The notes under the pieces are model-generated. The model was not told the origin of the DNA and did not search any database. It worked only from the letters and a program-made list of their open reading frames with translations. A program made the position numbers and the translations under genes. This document shows, in pieces, positions 21,424 to 31,892 of a stretch of 64,000 nucleotides of DNA (positions within the stretch are counted from its first letter, which is position 1; each line of letters opens with the position of its first letter). The DNA is from an uncultured Verrucomicrobiae bacterium (GTDB lineage Bacteria; Verrucomicrobiota; Verrucomicrobiia; Chthoniobacterales; JAFAMB01). Where the stretch lies: positions 128,001 through 192,000 of the forward strand of contig CAWAIK010000001.1 in the NCBI GenBank assembly GCA_963782115.1, given 5' to 3'.

Positions 21424-22406
21424 ATGTTACAAGCGCTGAAATCCAAAGCCGAGACTGCCGTGACAACCGGTCGCTATCGCTGGGTCGTCTGCGGGCTGTT
21501 GTTCTTCGCGACGACTGTCAACTACATGGACCGGCAAATTCTGTCCCTCCTTAAGCCGATCCTCGACACTCAATTGCACTGGAGCAACGAACAGTTTGGC
21601 GCAGTAAACTCCGCCTTCCAGGGTGCCTAACAGGATTTATCTGGTTGGCTTTTTGGATTCCGCTTTACCAGGTTCCGGAGCGGCAGAAGCACCTGAGCGC
21701 GGACGAACTGGCTTACATTCAGAGTGACCGCGATGAATCGCATGATGAGGGCGCCGGGAAAATCCCTTGACTGAGACTATTCAAATACCGGCAAGCGTGG
21801 TCGATCATCGTCGGAAGATTCATGACCGATCCTGTCTGGTGGTTCTTTCTGATCTGGCTGCCCGACTATTTTAAGAAGACGCGTAACCTCGACATCGCGC
21901 ACAGTTGGATGCATCTGGCGACCATCTATTTTATTATCACGGTGCTAAGTAATATTGGCGGTTGGTTACCTGGGCACTTGATGAGGCGTGGTTGGAGCGT
22001 TACTCGCGCGCGCAAGACCTCCATGTTCCTTTTTGCGCTCTGCCTGGTGCCGATACTGTTTGTCACACGTGTCGGCGACTGGGCAGCAGTTTTCTTGATT
22101 GGGCTGGCAGGATCTGCGCACCAGGCGTGGTCGGCGAACCTTTACTCAACGGCATCCGATATGTTTCCGAAGCGCGCCGTAGGATCTCTTATTGGGTTAG
22201 GCAGCGCGGCGGGTTCAACCGCAGGAATGATTTTTCCGATCTTCTGCAGTCTCTTGCTGGACAAGTTCACAGCCGCCGGCAACGTCACGGGAGGGTACAA
22301 CGTTTTATTCATCATTTGCGCCTTTGCCTATTTAGTAGCGTTTGGGCTTAATCATCTCTGTGCACCCAAATTCGAAGAGATGTCACCTGCCGAGCCCGAG
22401 GTATGA
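21424..22406 (+). pseudogene. Hexuronate MFS transporter (ExuT-like) with internal deletion and stops
   Basis: RYRW..LFFATTVNYMDRQ ends at TAA 21628; TDPVWWFFLIWLP, AHQAWSANL in downstream ORF. Confidence 0.85.
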
Positions 22407-22931
22407 GGGATCAGCCGCGGGAACTGCCTACCCGGGACGTTTCGTTCTGAAAGCTGAAAGTGGCGCCCGATGGAGTGTCGCGGCAACACGCACAGAAAGT
22501 GCAGTGATAATATGCCTCACGCACTCGCCGTTTTCTCTTGGTGCAGATCATTTTCTCCCACCAGAGCTGGGAGCTCTGCTCAACGAACACGGCCTTCCTG
22601 TTGAGCAGCGATTGGTAGGAGATCGAGCCAGGTGAGCTTGCGCGTCGGCCAAGATATTTCTTTGGCCGGGATTGGAATCCACTGACTTCTCATCCGCGGG
22701 CCCGGGAGCGTTTGATCCTCTAGTCAAGAATCGTGCTTGACACCAGCCGCTGGTGCGCGTTTGCTGTTACTATAACGTGTAACGAATATCTAGTCAGCCC
22801 TTGAAAGAACGGCTTCTTTTCATCGTTTTGGAGATTGTTGGAACAAGGAGGTCACCGCCGCGCAGAGTTTTCTGGCGCTCGTTACCGGCACCACGAACCT
22901 CAAGGTGATCCTGGTCGATCGTTTAACTGAA

Positions 22932-23900
22932 ATGCTCCACAATCGTCCAGATCTCCGGCTCATGACTCGGGTTGCCCGACTCTACCACGAAGAGCGCCTT
23001 CTCCAGAGTGAGATTGCCAACCGGTTAGGGATCACCCAGGTCGGCGTGTCTCGCCTGCTCAGAAAAGCGGAAGAACACGGGATTGTCCGAACGACGGTCG
23101 TTACGCCGCAGGGAGCGTTTGCGGAACTGGAAGAATTAATCGAGCACAGCTTTGGCCTTAGCCAGGTGATCATCGGCGAAGCCACCAGCGATTCGGAGGA
23201 AGCCGTACGTTCCGCGATCGGCTCTGCCGCAGCCCAGTTTCTTGAATCCACCATGAGATCGGGAGAGGTAATCGGGATCTCGTCCTGGAGCGCCTCGCTG
23301 CTGTCGACGGTGAATCAAATGCATCCGATCCGAAAAGTCGAAAAATGCCTGGTGGTGCAAATGCTCGGAGGCATAGGAAGCCCGTCTGCCGAACAGCACG
23401 CCAATCACTTGGCCGTCCGCTTGGCCAGATTGGTGCGCGGCGAGGCTCGCTTTCTGCCGGTCCCGGGCATCGTCGGCTCCGCGCGCGCAGCCAAGGTCTT
23501 GTTGCAAGACCCTAACGTGAGCAACACCCTGGCGCTCTTTGAAAAGGTCACCCTGGCGCTGGTGGGCGTCGGCAGCCTGGAACCCTCGTCGTTGGTAGCC
23601 AGTAGCGGCAATATTTTTTCGAATGAAGAATTGGAAATGCTTCAAAAGCAAGGCGCGGCGGGAGATATTTGCCTGCGCTTTTATGACAGCAAGGGTCACG
23701 CCATCCGAGGGGCTCTTGATGGCCGGGTAATCGGGATGTCCCTTGAGGGCTTGCGCCAAGTGCAAAGATCGGTCGCCATCTGCGGCGGCAGAAAAAAGTT
23801 TCCGGCGATCCTGGGAGCCGTGCGCGGAAAATGGATTAACACCCTGGTCACCGACCAGCACACCGCCGAACGTTTGGCCAAAACGCAGCCGGAAGCATAG
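22932..23900 (+). CDS. SorC/LsrR-family sugar-binding transcriptional regulator
   Basis: VARLYH..QSEIANRLG..VSRLL HTH; GDICLRFYD, LVTD. Confidence 0.92.
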   Translation: MLHNRPDLRLMTRVARLYHEERLLQSEIANRLGITQVGVSRLLRKAEEHGIVRTTVVTPQGAFAELEELIEHSFGLSQVIIGEATSDSEEAVRSAIGSAAAQFLESTMRSGEVIGISSWSASLLSTVNQMHPIRKVEKCLVVQMLGGIGSPSAEQHANHLAVRLARLVRGEARFLPVPGIVGSARAAKVLLQDPNVSNTLALFEKVTLALVGVGSLEPSSLVASSGNIFSNEELEMLQKQGAAGDICLRFYDSKGHAIRGALDGRVIGMSLEGLRQVQRSVAICGGRKKFPAILGAVRGKWINTLVTDQHTAERLAKTQPEA

Positions 23901-23959
23901 CCAGCGCTCCAGACTCCAAACTCTTTGGCAGAGCAGAGAAGATTACCGATCAGGATAAA

Positions 23960-24386
23960 TCGGTGAAGGAACGTTTGGAGAGCATTCGTGCTTACGTTCC
24001 AACGAGCGGAATTCCGTCTCCGGCCATCACGAAAATGGCCAAACTCGGAATTGTCCGGGATGACTGGATGAGGAACAGTCGCCGGCAGGACACCGAAGGG
24101 TCAGTTTAGTTATTCCCGTATCACCACGGACGACCGCCACGGCGTCATTCGGTCGTATGTCGGCGATGGGCAATTTGTGGATGATCCATTAGACACTTTC
24201 GGCAGCCGCGCGGTGGTGGAAGTCGAGGATCTGCAGGGACTGATGCGTTATGTGTGCCATCAGGGTTTTGAGCACCATGCAGCTATGAACCAGTCGCATT
24301 CTGCGGCCGTGTTGCACGAGGCGTTTGCCAATTATTTCGGTTGGGAAACCTATTGGCATCAGGCTGGGGCAAGGGTAGAAGCATAG
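23960..24386 (+). pseudogene. L-fucose/L-arabinose isomerase-like family C-terminal fragments
   Basis: DDPLDTFG..VEDLQGLMRYVC..GFEHHAAM..FGWE; most of gene deleted. Confidence 0.7.
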
Positions 24387-24494
24387 GCTGTATTTTGCTC
24401 TCATCGACGAAAGTTGATGACGCTTGGCAAATGTCGATGCGCCTCCCCCGGTTTGCCCGCCTCGATGCTCTCAAGCATTTCTTCAGGTGCGTGC

Positions 24495-24535
24495 TTGAAC
24501 TATCGGCAAATGGCAGTTAAGCTGCGACAGATGCC
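24495..24535 (+). promoter_or_regulatory. Sigma70 promoter of TA operon with overlapping palindromic boxes
   Basis: TTGAAC(24495)-17 nt-TAAGCT(24518); GGCAAATGGC 24505 and GACAGATGCC 24526. Confidence 0.55.
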
Positions 24536-24935
24536 AAATTACAAGACACGGAGCCAACTTACCGAATCCCTCCTGGTTCACACCCATGCCGTGGTCAAGG
24601 ACGGGCTGAAAGCCGGCGCCTACGACAATCTGCGCAGCGCCTTGGGCATTAGCGACCAAAAGCTAGCCGACAGCCTTTCTATCCCGATTCGCACGCTACA
24701 GCGGCGGCTTGACCGGGGACGCTTCATGCCTGACGAATCCGACCGAATCGCACGGCTCTCGCGTATCTACCAGCGCGCCAGTGAAGTGTTTGAGTCTGCT
24801 GACTCGGCCCGTGAGTGGATGCAAACGCCCAACCCGAGCATTGGGTTTGCCGTCCCGCTCGAACTCTGTTCGACCGATCCCGGCTGTGTCGAGGTAGAGC
24901 GACTACTCTACCGGATTGAGTACGGCGTTTTTTAG
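24531..24935 (+). CDS. Xre/MbcA/ParS-type antitoxin
   Basis: LSIPIRTLQRR HTH, ESDRIAR, AREWM.TPN, RIEYGVF. Confidence 0.9.
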   Translation: MPNYKTRSQLTESLLVHTHAVVKDGLKAGAYDNLRSALGISDQKLADSLSIPIRTLQRRLDRGRFMPDESDRIARLSRIYQRASEVFESADSAREWMQTPNPSIGFAVPLELCSTDPGCVEVERLLYRIEYGVF

Positions 24936-24965
24936 GGCGGGCGTATCTCCGGTGGCGGCAATCCG

Positions 24966-25451
24966 ATGGAGAAAGCCTACGCCTGGCGATTGGCCAAGGC
25001 CAAATACCGGGAGAGCGCCTTCGACGGAGTAGGAAGCGCTCTGGGCGGCGGCCGCTGGAATAGCGTCGGCACGCCCGTTGTCTATTGTGCTTCGACGCTG
25101 GCTCTGGCCGTGCTTGAGGTGCGGGTTCACATTCCGCTAACGAACTTCCAGCCGCATGCCCGCTACGTGGGTCTGGAGATCTTGATCGACTCTGCGTGTG
25201 TCGAAAGTGTCGCCAAGCTTCCGCGCGGATGGCGCATCACTCCGGACGCGAGCACCCAGAGCACCGCCGCCCGCAGATTCGGCGATCAGTGGGTGACCGA
25301 AAAACGCTCCGTCGCGTTACGCTTGCCGAGTGCAGTGATCCCGATCGAATTTATTTACCTTCTAAACCCGGCTCATCTGGATTTCAGCCGCGCGGTCCAA
25401 TTGGGCAGGGAAGTGGACGTGTTTCTTGATCCGAGGTTATGGCGAGGGTGA
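24966..25451 (+). CDS. RES-domain toxin
   Basis: AWR, GGRWNS.G..VVY, LAVLE, PSAV, LLNPAH. Confidence 0.92.
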   Translation: MEKAYAWRLAKAKYRESAFDGVGSALGGGRWNSVGTPVVYCASTLALAVLEVRVHIPLTNFQPHARYVGLEILIDSACVESVAKLPRGWRITPDASTQSTAARRFGDQWVTEKRSVALRLPSAVIPIEFIYLLNPAHLDFSRAVQLGREVDVFLDPRLWRG

Positions 25452-25690
25452 ACATGGCTAATTCGCCGGGAATCCTTTGCTAGACTTGATTCGATGGCTA
25501 CCGAGTTTGTTCGATTGGGTGCCTTCCGCGCTTCATGGCAGAGCTAGTCAGCAATCGGGCCAAACAATCACTGAAATGGGGTCGCTAGGCAAATGCCGAG
25601 CGCTAAACCCATGCTCATGTGATTTTAACCGGCCAACAACGTAGGCATGCGACCCGCTTTTTAACCAGAGTCGGCCAAAAAAAATGACAC

Positions 25691-25987
25691 ATGCCACGAA
25701 CACCGAAGCGGAAACCGACGGAGAGACCAACTCCACCGTTGGATAGCTCCCTAATCTCTTTTGAAAACCTCGCGTTGCGATGGGATCTGAATTTTGAAGT
25801 AACCAAGCGCCGTGTGCGCGAGGCGAAAATCCCGATCATCCGAATCAGCTACAAAACTCTTCGATTAAGGATGAGCGACATCCTGGCTTTTGAAGAGCAA
25901 TCAGCATCGGGCGACGTGCCCGAACATCAATCGGCCAAAGTGGCCGAGATGCATCCGATGAAAGCCGAGACTATCGATGGAGAATGA
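25691..25987 (+). CDS. Excisionase-like helix-turn-helix protein
   Basis: LISFENLALRW...RRVREAKIPIIRISYKTLRLRMSDILAFE pattern. Confidence 0.55.
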   Translation: MPRTPKRKPTERPTPPLDSSLISFENLALRWDLNFEVTKRRVREAKIPIIRISYKTLRLRMSDILAFEEQSASGDVPEHQSAKVAEMHPMKAETIDGE

Positions 25988-26217
25988 GCCTCGATCGCGC
26001 GGATTGGTTGCGCCTCATCGAGCGATTGGCCGTGGCAGTGACTTATCCGAATTTTAAATCCGAGGTCGCCAAGCAACCAAGTCAGCAGAACAAACACGAG
26101 GCCTATCACCAAGTCTGGGCGATTATGCACACCCTACAGGCGGGAGAACTCCCAGATAAACCAGCGGCGAAGTGCAAAGCGAGGAAACGAAAGGCGAAGA
26201 ATGTTCCCAAGAATTGA
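25984..26217 (+). CDS. Hypothetical protein, possibly a C-terminal fragment
   Basis: 77 aa, ATGA overlap with upstream ORF. Confidence 0.35.
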   Translation: MSLDRADWLRLIERLAVAVTYPNFKSEVAKQPSQQNKHEAYHQVWAIMHTLQAGELPDKPAAKCKARKRKAKNVPKN

Positions 26218-26470
26218 TTCCGAAGGTCGAGTGATGATCTCAATGCGCGCAGAAGCGGGTGGCTTGATCGGTGACGGGCTGGTCGAGCTCAAACCCGGCG
26301 AACCGAACTACGAGGAGATGTTCAACATGCTCGAGGTCCAGCATCTCAGGGAACGTTGCGCGCTTCTGGAATCACTTCTCGCTGAATCGCTCCGTCACGG
26401 TTACCTTAAAGAGAACGTTTCACCGTCTTGGCTTACCGAGGCGCATCGAGCGACCGATCGCACGAAGTAA
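26201..26470 (+). CDS. Hypothetical protein
   Basis: 89 aa, overlaps previous ORF. Confidence 0.4.
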   Translation: MFPRIDSEGRVMISMRAEAGGLIGDGLVELKPGEPNYEEMFNMLEVQHLRERCALLESLLAESLRHGYLKENVSPSWLTEAHRATDRTK

Positions 26471-26571
26471 TCGACTAAATCTTGGGTCAAAACCTGAAAC
26501 TGACCCGCTTATGATTTTAAGTCACCGCCTTACTTTCGCGCCAAAAGTGCATATGTTCATGGCACGAACGA

Positions 26572-26790
26572 ATGAACCAGACAGACTTAGCCGAACTTTT
26601 AACCGATGATCGATTCAGTCCTTTCGTGATTACTACCGTTGACGGGTTCAGCCTCGCGATCGGGCCGCAAGAACGAAACCACATATTGGTTGGCGCGCGA
26701 ATGTTGATCACGTTAGACGCCGAAGGGAATGCAATTCACATCCCTTATCGATCAATCGCGCATATCCAAGAGCCGAAAAAAACCGTTTAG
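26572..26790 (+). CDS. Small hypothetical protein
   Basis: 72 aa, F.PFVITT.DG..I motif, globular composition. Confidence 0.6.
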   Translation: MNQTDLAELLTDDRFSPFVITTVDGFSLAIGPQERNHILVGARMLITLDAEGNAIHIPYRSIAHIQEPKKTV

Positions 26791-26967
26791 CCGTTCGCTC
26801 GTGACGTTGGCGCACCGAACGTCGGCCTCGGCAGCTTCACTCGCTCCGCTTCATCCGCGAGTATCGCTTTCGCCATCGCGAGACCTTTGATCGCCGCTTG
26901 ATTAAATCCGCGCCAATGATCACCGCTGATCCGAGGTTATGGCGAGGGTGAACTTCCCCAAGTGCCC

Positions 26968-27795
26968 CTAAAAATGGAACCTGACCGGTCCTTGTTGGCT
27001 TCCGTTCGAAATGACCGCTTCAAACAGCTTAGGATCTGCGTTCGGGTGTAGCTCTACGATCCGGAAATGGTCCAAGTTGGGCTCAGAGGTGATCTTCTGA
27101 ACGTCGTGCGTCTCGGTATTTTGGACATAGATCACATCCTTTCCAGCGTCCTCAAGCCAGCTGACCAACACGAGGTTACCAAAAGCCCCGGCCTGCGCTT
27201 GTGGAGTTGTCGGAGTGCCTTGTGCCGCCGTTTGAGCAGGTTGTGCCGGAGGAACAAACGTCCTTGGGTCGGCCCGCGGTCCGATTTTCTCATTCGGATC
27301 TGATCTTTGTTGCTCTGCTGCGTCGATCGAACTGTAGCCGCTCTTGATGTAGGCAGAATCGGGGCTTGAATCCGTGGGCCCGGAGTTGCCTTTGTTGATG
27401 ATGACGACCATCGGGCCGTGGTCGACGGTGGATCTGGAGGATTCCGGTTGCACAGGCGCGGGCGAATCATCCCCATATTGGTAGTCGTCATTCGGGCCGT
27501 AATCTAAATAGGAGTAATCGTAAGGATATCCGTAGGGATACCAATAAAGCGGCCAGAACAACTGTTGAAAAAAGATCCGATGGTCGCGATGAAAGAAACG
27601 GCGGTTTTGATTGAAGGCGAAGTTATGGCGACTTCCAGGTCTCATCCTGAACGCCCTGGCGGCACTGTGGGCAACGGACCCACTACGAAAACTGCCACTG
27701 TGGAACCCACTGCCCCGCGGGCTCGCGAGAGACCTGGCGGAAAGCGTCAAAAAGGTGCTCGCCATCAAACCCGCAATGAACAATGGCATTTTCAC
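26968..27795 (-). CDS. Secreted low-complexity hypothetical protein
   Basis: Signal-like start, Arg/Phe/His-rich then Tyr/Pro-rich tracts, compact C-terminal domain. Confidence 0.65.
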   Translation of the reverse strand: MKMPLFIAGLMASTFLTLSARSLASPRGSGFHSGSFRSGSVAHSAARAFRMRPGSRHNFAFNQNRRFFHRDHRIFFQQLFWPLYWYPYGYPYDYSYLDYGPNDDYQYGDDSPAPVQPESSRSTVDHGPMVVIINKGNSGPTDSSPDSAYIKSGYSSIDAAEQQRSDPNEKIGPRADPRTFVPPAQPAQTAAQGTPTTPQAQAGAFGNLVLVSWLEDAGKDVIYVQNTETHDVQKITSEPNLDHFRIVELHPNADPKLFEAVISNGSQQGPVRFHF

Positions 27796-28250
27796 ACGAC
27801 TGACTCGCCCTCTAGTTCAGCGACAATCTTTGCTGAGCATCGCTAACGTTATCAAACATCGTCACGGATTCGGCCTTGTCAATAACCATGGAGCAGCGAA
27901 CGACGTTCTTTTTCGGAGAGCAGCCTGTCGCGCTTTGGCGGCTAGGCTCTACTTTCGGGCGATTTCGAATCCGCGCGACAATACGCAATGTGTGGTCTTC
28001 AGATCTGGCGCTCAGGAAACGTACAGTTTCATGCGGAAGAGGTAGTATATGCCAGCCATCGGCTCTCTCAGAATATTCATTGCTGTCGTGTGGCAAAGCC
28101 GCATCTGCGCTGCCGCCGGTTGGCCTCGAAATTGTGTTGCGATTGCAGGTTTGAAAAAATATTCTTTCGCGAGTATTAGAAACCCGCTGTGAGGATAGTT
28201 GTGGTTTGCCGGCATCGGCCCACGGCCCTCGCATCTCCCCTCAAGAACAT

Positions 28251-29282
28251 ATGAAGAGAAACATCTCAAGTTGGTCTCTGCGGACCGCAAATACATGGAC
28301 GATAACGCACTTGTCCATTTTTGGTAAGAAGTCGCTACTCACTCTGAGTCTGGTGGCGTCTCTGGCCGGGTTGCTATCCGGTCAAACGAAGTTTGTGAAG
28401 AAGAGTCCGGTCAAAATCGGTTACTCGGTTTTCGACCTGCAGCAACCTTACTGGCAGGCGTACACCAAGGGAGTTCAAGATGCCTGTAAAGCAGCCGGCT
28501 ACCAATTCATCCTTTCCGACCAGAAGAGCAACCAACAGGCTGAAGTGTCCGGAAGCATCGACCTCATTAACCAGGGGATTAGCGCCCTGATCAATTCACC
28601 GATTGAGCCAGCCGCTTTGCCGGCCGTCATCGAAAAGGCGCATCAGGCGAATATACCGGTGGTGATCGGCGATGTTGGGGTAGGGGGCAAGTACGACGCA
28701 TTTATCGTGTCGAACAATGAAGATGGAGGAAAGCTGGCGGCGCAATACATGATCGAGCATCTCAAGGATAAGTCTGGGGCGAAAGAGGTTCTGGTGATTG
28801 AACTGCACCCTGGCGCGGCAGTAGGCGGGCCACGGACAAAAGGGTTCGTAGACGAAATCAAGAAGCACTCGGAGTACAAAATCGTCGCATCACTGAATGG
28901 CAACGACACAGTGCAGGGGGGCTACCAGGCGACCCAAAATACGTTGTCGGCTAACCCGAACCTCTCGGGGATCTACGCCACCAATGATCCGGAAGCAGAG
29001 GGAGCGGTTCAGGCACTGAAGGCGTCGGGTAAGAACGGCGTGAAGGACGTCTTTTTAGTCGGTTTTAATGGAGATCCTCCCGCACTGGAATTGATTAAGA
29101 ACGGCGAGATGGCCGCAACGATCCGCCAGGACCCTTATGGCCAAGGACAAAAATGCGTTGAGATCGCGACAAAGTTCATGAATAACGAACCGGTTGAATA
29201 TTCGGATCCTGCGACGAAATCAGTCTTCTTTCCAGTAAAAGTAATCGACAAGGAAAACGTCGACCAGTTTCTCCAAAAGTAA
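28251..29282 (+). CDS. Sugar ABC transporter substrate-binding protein (RbsB-like)
   Basis: IGYSVFDLQQPYW, NIPVV, YATND, LVGFNG, ATIRQDP; start uncertain. Confidence 0.9.
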   Translation: MKRNISSWSLRTANTWTITHLSIFGKKSLLTLSLVASLAGLLSGQTKFVKKSPVKIGYSVFDLQQPYWQAYTKGVQDACKAAGYQFILSDQKSNQQAEVSGSIDLINQGISALINSPIEPAALPAVIEKAHQANIPVVIGDVGVGGKYDAFIVSNNEDGGKLAAQYMIEHLKDKSGAKEVLVIELHPGAAVGGPRTKGFVDEIKKHSEYKIVASLNGNDTVQGGYQATQNTLSANPNLSGIYATNDPEAEGAVQALKASGKNGVKDVFLVGFNGDPPALELIKNGEMAATIRQDPYGQGQKCVEIATKFMNNEPVEYSDPATKSVFFPVKVIDKENVDQFLQK

Positions 29283-29341
29283 AAAGAGACCAACTTTGGA
29301 CCACAGACGAAGCTAACTGCGGTCCTGCCGCGGAGGCTGCG

Positions 29342-30895
29342 ATGGGAATAGATCAGAAATCTCACCAGGAGCCGATCCTCGGCCTGACTGGGATTTCGAA
29401 GCAATTTCCCGGGGTAAGAGCCTTAGATAGCGTGGACTTTAGTCTCCAAGCCGGAGAGGTTCACGCTCTGATGGGAGAAAACGGTGCCGGGAAAAGCACA
29501 CTGATCAATATCATCAGTGGGCTTTTGCACCCGACTGCCGGAAAAATTTGCTTGGCCGGTAAAGAGGTGATTTTTGCCAACGCGATCCAAGCGCAAAAGG
29601 CCGGCATCAGCACGATTACCCAAGAATTTAACCTGGTTCCTCAGCTTACGGTCGCCGAGAATATATTTCTCGGTCGCGAACCGACGGTGCGAATGGGTCT
29701 GCTAAACTGGCGCGAGATCAAGCGTCACGCTTCAGAGGTCCTTGATGAGCTGGGGCTCAACGTACCTTTAGGCCAGCGCGTAGCCTACCTGAGTGTCGGA
29801 GACCGGCAACTTGTGGAGATCGCTAAGGCGCTCTCGATGGAATTCAGGATCATCACGATGGATGAGCCAACGGCAGCCTTGAATGCCGCTGAAGTGGCGC
29901 GGCTTTTCGAAATCATCGAAAGATTAAAACGGCGCGGAATCGCAGTTCTTTATGTTTCTCATCGCCTCAGAGAAATTTTCCGAATCGCGGATCGGGTAAC
30001 CGTCCTGCGGGACGGGAAACGAGTTGCTAGCCGGTGCCTCAATGAACTGAGCGAAGACGACGTTGTGACCATGATGCTCGGTCGCGCCCTGAAGAAAGAG
30101 GCGGCTGTCTACCAGGCAATACCGGCCTCGGAAAAAGCTGCTCTTTCCGTCCATAACATTACGGTTCCGGGTTTTCTGGCGAATGTCTCCTTCGATTTGC
30201 GGGTTGGCGAGGTCATGGGCTGCGCTGGTTTGGTCGGATCCGGGCGTTACGAGTTGACGCGTGCGCTCTTTGGACTTCTGCAAATTTCAGGGGGTAAGGT
30301 CGAAATCGATGGGAGACCGGTGGTGCTTACCTCATCCGGCGATTCCATTCGCCATGGTATTTACATGCTGCCAGAGGAACGGAAAATCGAAGGCATTTTC
30401 CCCGACTTGACCGTCCGCGAAAACCTGTTGATCAGCGCAAAGCGATTGTTTCATCGATGGTCAGAGCTCTTAATTAACGCGGACGAAGAAGAAAAGCAGT
30501 ATCAAAAGATGCGGAAATCGCTCGATATCCGGGCCTCCACTTCAGGACAGAAAATAACCAAGCTGAGTGGCGGAAATCAGCAAAAGGTGATGCTGGGTCG
30601 AGCCTTGATGAGCAATTCGCGCATTCTGCTGTTAAATGAACCGAGTCGGGGCGTCGATGTCGGAACGAGGGTCGAAATTCATGCCGCCATCCGCACGTTA
30701 GCTCAGAGTGGTTATGCGATACTGGTAAGTTCGTCCGACATCCCCGAGCTGGTCAGTGTCAGCGACCGATGCCTGGTGTTGAGTGTCGGCCGGACCAAAG
30801 GATTGTTGGATCGAGCACAAATTTCCGAAGATAACATAACCGCTCTGGCGATCGGCCAGGAGATCACAGGAGTCAACAATGAGCAACGCTCCTGA
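29342..30895 (+). CDS. Sugar ABC transporter ATP-binding protein (RbsA-like)
   Basis: GENGAGKST, MDEPT, LSGGNQQK. Confidence 0.95.
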   Translation: MGIDQKSHQEPILGLTGISKQFPGVRALDSVDFSLQAGEVHALMGENGAGKSTLINIISGLLHPTAGKICLAGKEVIFANAIQAQKAGISTITQEFNLVPQLTVAENIFLGREPTVRMGLLNWREIKRHASEVLDELGLNVPLGQRVAYLSVGDRQLVEIAKALSMEFRIITMDEPTAALNAAEVARLFEIIERLKRRGIAVLYVSHRLREIFRIADRVTVLRDGKRVASRCLNELSEDDVVTMMLGRALKKEAAVYQAIPASEKAALSVHNITVPGFLANVSFDLRVGEVMGCAGLVGSGRYELTRALFGLLQISGGKVEIDGRPVVLTSSGDSIRHGIYMLPEERKIEGIFPDLTVRENLLISAKRLFHRWSELLINADEEEKQYQKMRKSLDIRASTSGQKITKLSGGNQQKVMLGRALMSNSRILLLNEPSRGVDVGTRVEIHAAIRTLAQSGYAILVSSSDIPELVSVSDRCLVLSVGRTKGLLDRAQISEDNITALAIGQEITGVNNEQRS

Positions 30896-31892
30896 ATCGC
30901 TCAACTTCCGGACCATTTTCAGTCTATCCAACGCGACACGTTTCATCCAGGTTGCAGAAAGTCTTGGGGTTGTCGCTTTGTTGCTGATCGTGGTGATTGG
31001 GGCGTCAATTATTGCGCCGGGGTTCTTTACCTATACCAATTTCATCAACACCCTGATCGCCGCCTCCATTACGGCGGTCACCGGTTTAGGGATGACCTTT
31101 GCGATCGCGATGGGTGGTTTCGATCTGTCGGTCGGATCAGTTCAAGTACTGAGCGCGATTGTGGCGGCCGGTTTGCTTTCGGTGATCGATCCGCCGCTCG
31201 CCATTCTTGGCGCACTTCTCACAGGGCTAGCGCTTGGGCTAATAAATGGACTGCTGATCAGCAAATTAAGGCTTCCGGCTTTTGTCGTGACGTTTGGAAT
31301 GATGAGTATCGTGCGGGGTGTCGCGCTGCTCTTCACCCAGGGGCAATCGGTGATGATCACCAGGCATCCTGAGTTTGGATTGCTAAACAACGGCAAGGTG
31401 CTAGGCCTGCCCGTACCGTTCATTATCATGACGATCGTGTTCGTCGTGCTCAGCGTTTTGCTCAAGCATACAGCGTTTGGGCGCCACGCTTGCGCAATCG
31501 GAGGAAATCGGTCGGCCGCGATTGTTTCCGGCATCAATATCGATCGGACGACCATAGCAGTGTTTGGCCTGGTCGGCGTAACCGCGGCAATTTCTGGGGT
31601 GATGCTGAGTTCCCAGCTGATGATCGTGGATGCAACGCTTGGAACCGGGTTCGAGCTTCAGGCTATCACCGTCAGCGTGCTGGGCGGCACCAGTCTTTCC
31701 GGAGGACACGGGAATTTGCTCGGAACGGTGTTTGCCGCGCTGCTTTTGGCCACTATTGCCAGCGCTCTGAACATTTTGAAGGTGATTTCGTTTTACCAAT
31801 ACCTGGCTTTGGGGGTGCTCTTGATTTTCGCATTGGCAATCGACACCGCGCGTCGCGCCTTCATCACCAAGTCGCTGCTAAGGCGTGCCTAA
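30879..31892 (+). CDS. Sugar ABC transporter permease
   Basis: GGFDLSVGS, LPAFVVT, GFELQAI..LGGTSLSGG. Confidence 0.93.
   Translation: MSNAPESLNFRTIFSLSNATRFIQVAESLGVVALLLIVVIGASIIAPGFFTYTNFINTLIAASITAVTGLGMTFAIAMGGFDLSVGSVQVLSAIVAAGLLSVIDPPLAILGALLTGLALGLINGLLISKLRLPAFVVTFGMMSIVRGVALLFTQGQSVMITRHPEFGLLNNGKVLGLPVPFIIMTIVFVVLSVLLKHTAFGRHACAIGGNRSAAIVSGINIDRTTIAVFGLVGVTAAISGVMLSSQLMIVDATLGTGFELQAITVSVLGGTSLSGGHGNLLGTVFAALLLATIASALNILKVISFYQYLALGVLLIFALAIDTARRAFITKSLLRRA

Larger units (their letters stand above)
25427..26953. mobile_element. 1.5-kb islet bounded by a perfect 27-bp direct repeat
   Basis: TGATCCGAGGTTATGGCGAGGGTGAAC at 25427-25453 and 26927-26953. Confidence 0.6.

Noticed and set aside
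22720..22785. Promoter/operator for the SorC regulator
   Set aside because: TTGACA is present, but there is no correctly spaced -10 box.
30625..30660. Walker B D-to-N change in the second NBD as a functional novelty
   Set aside because: The second NBD of this ATPase class is often degenerate; a single substitution is uninformative.
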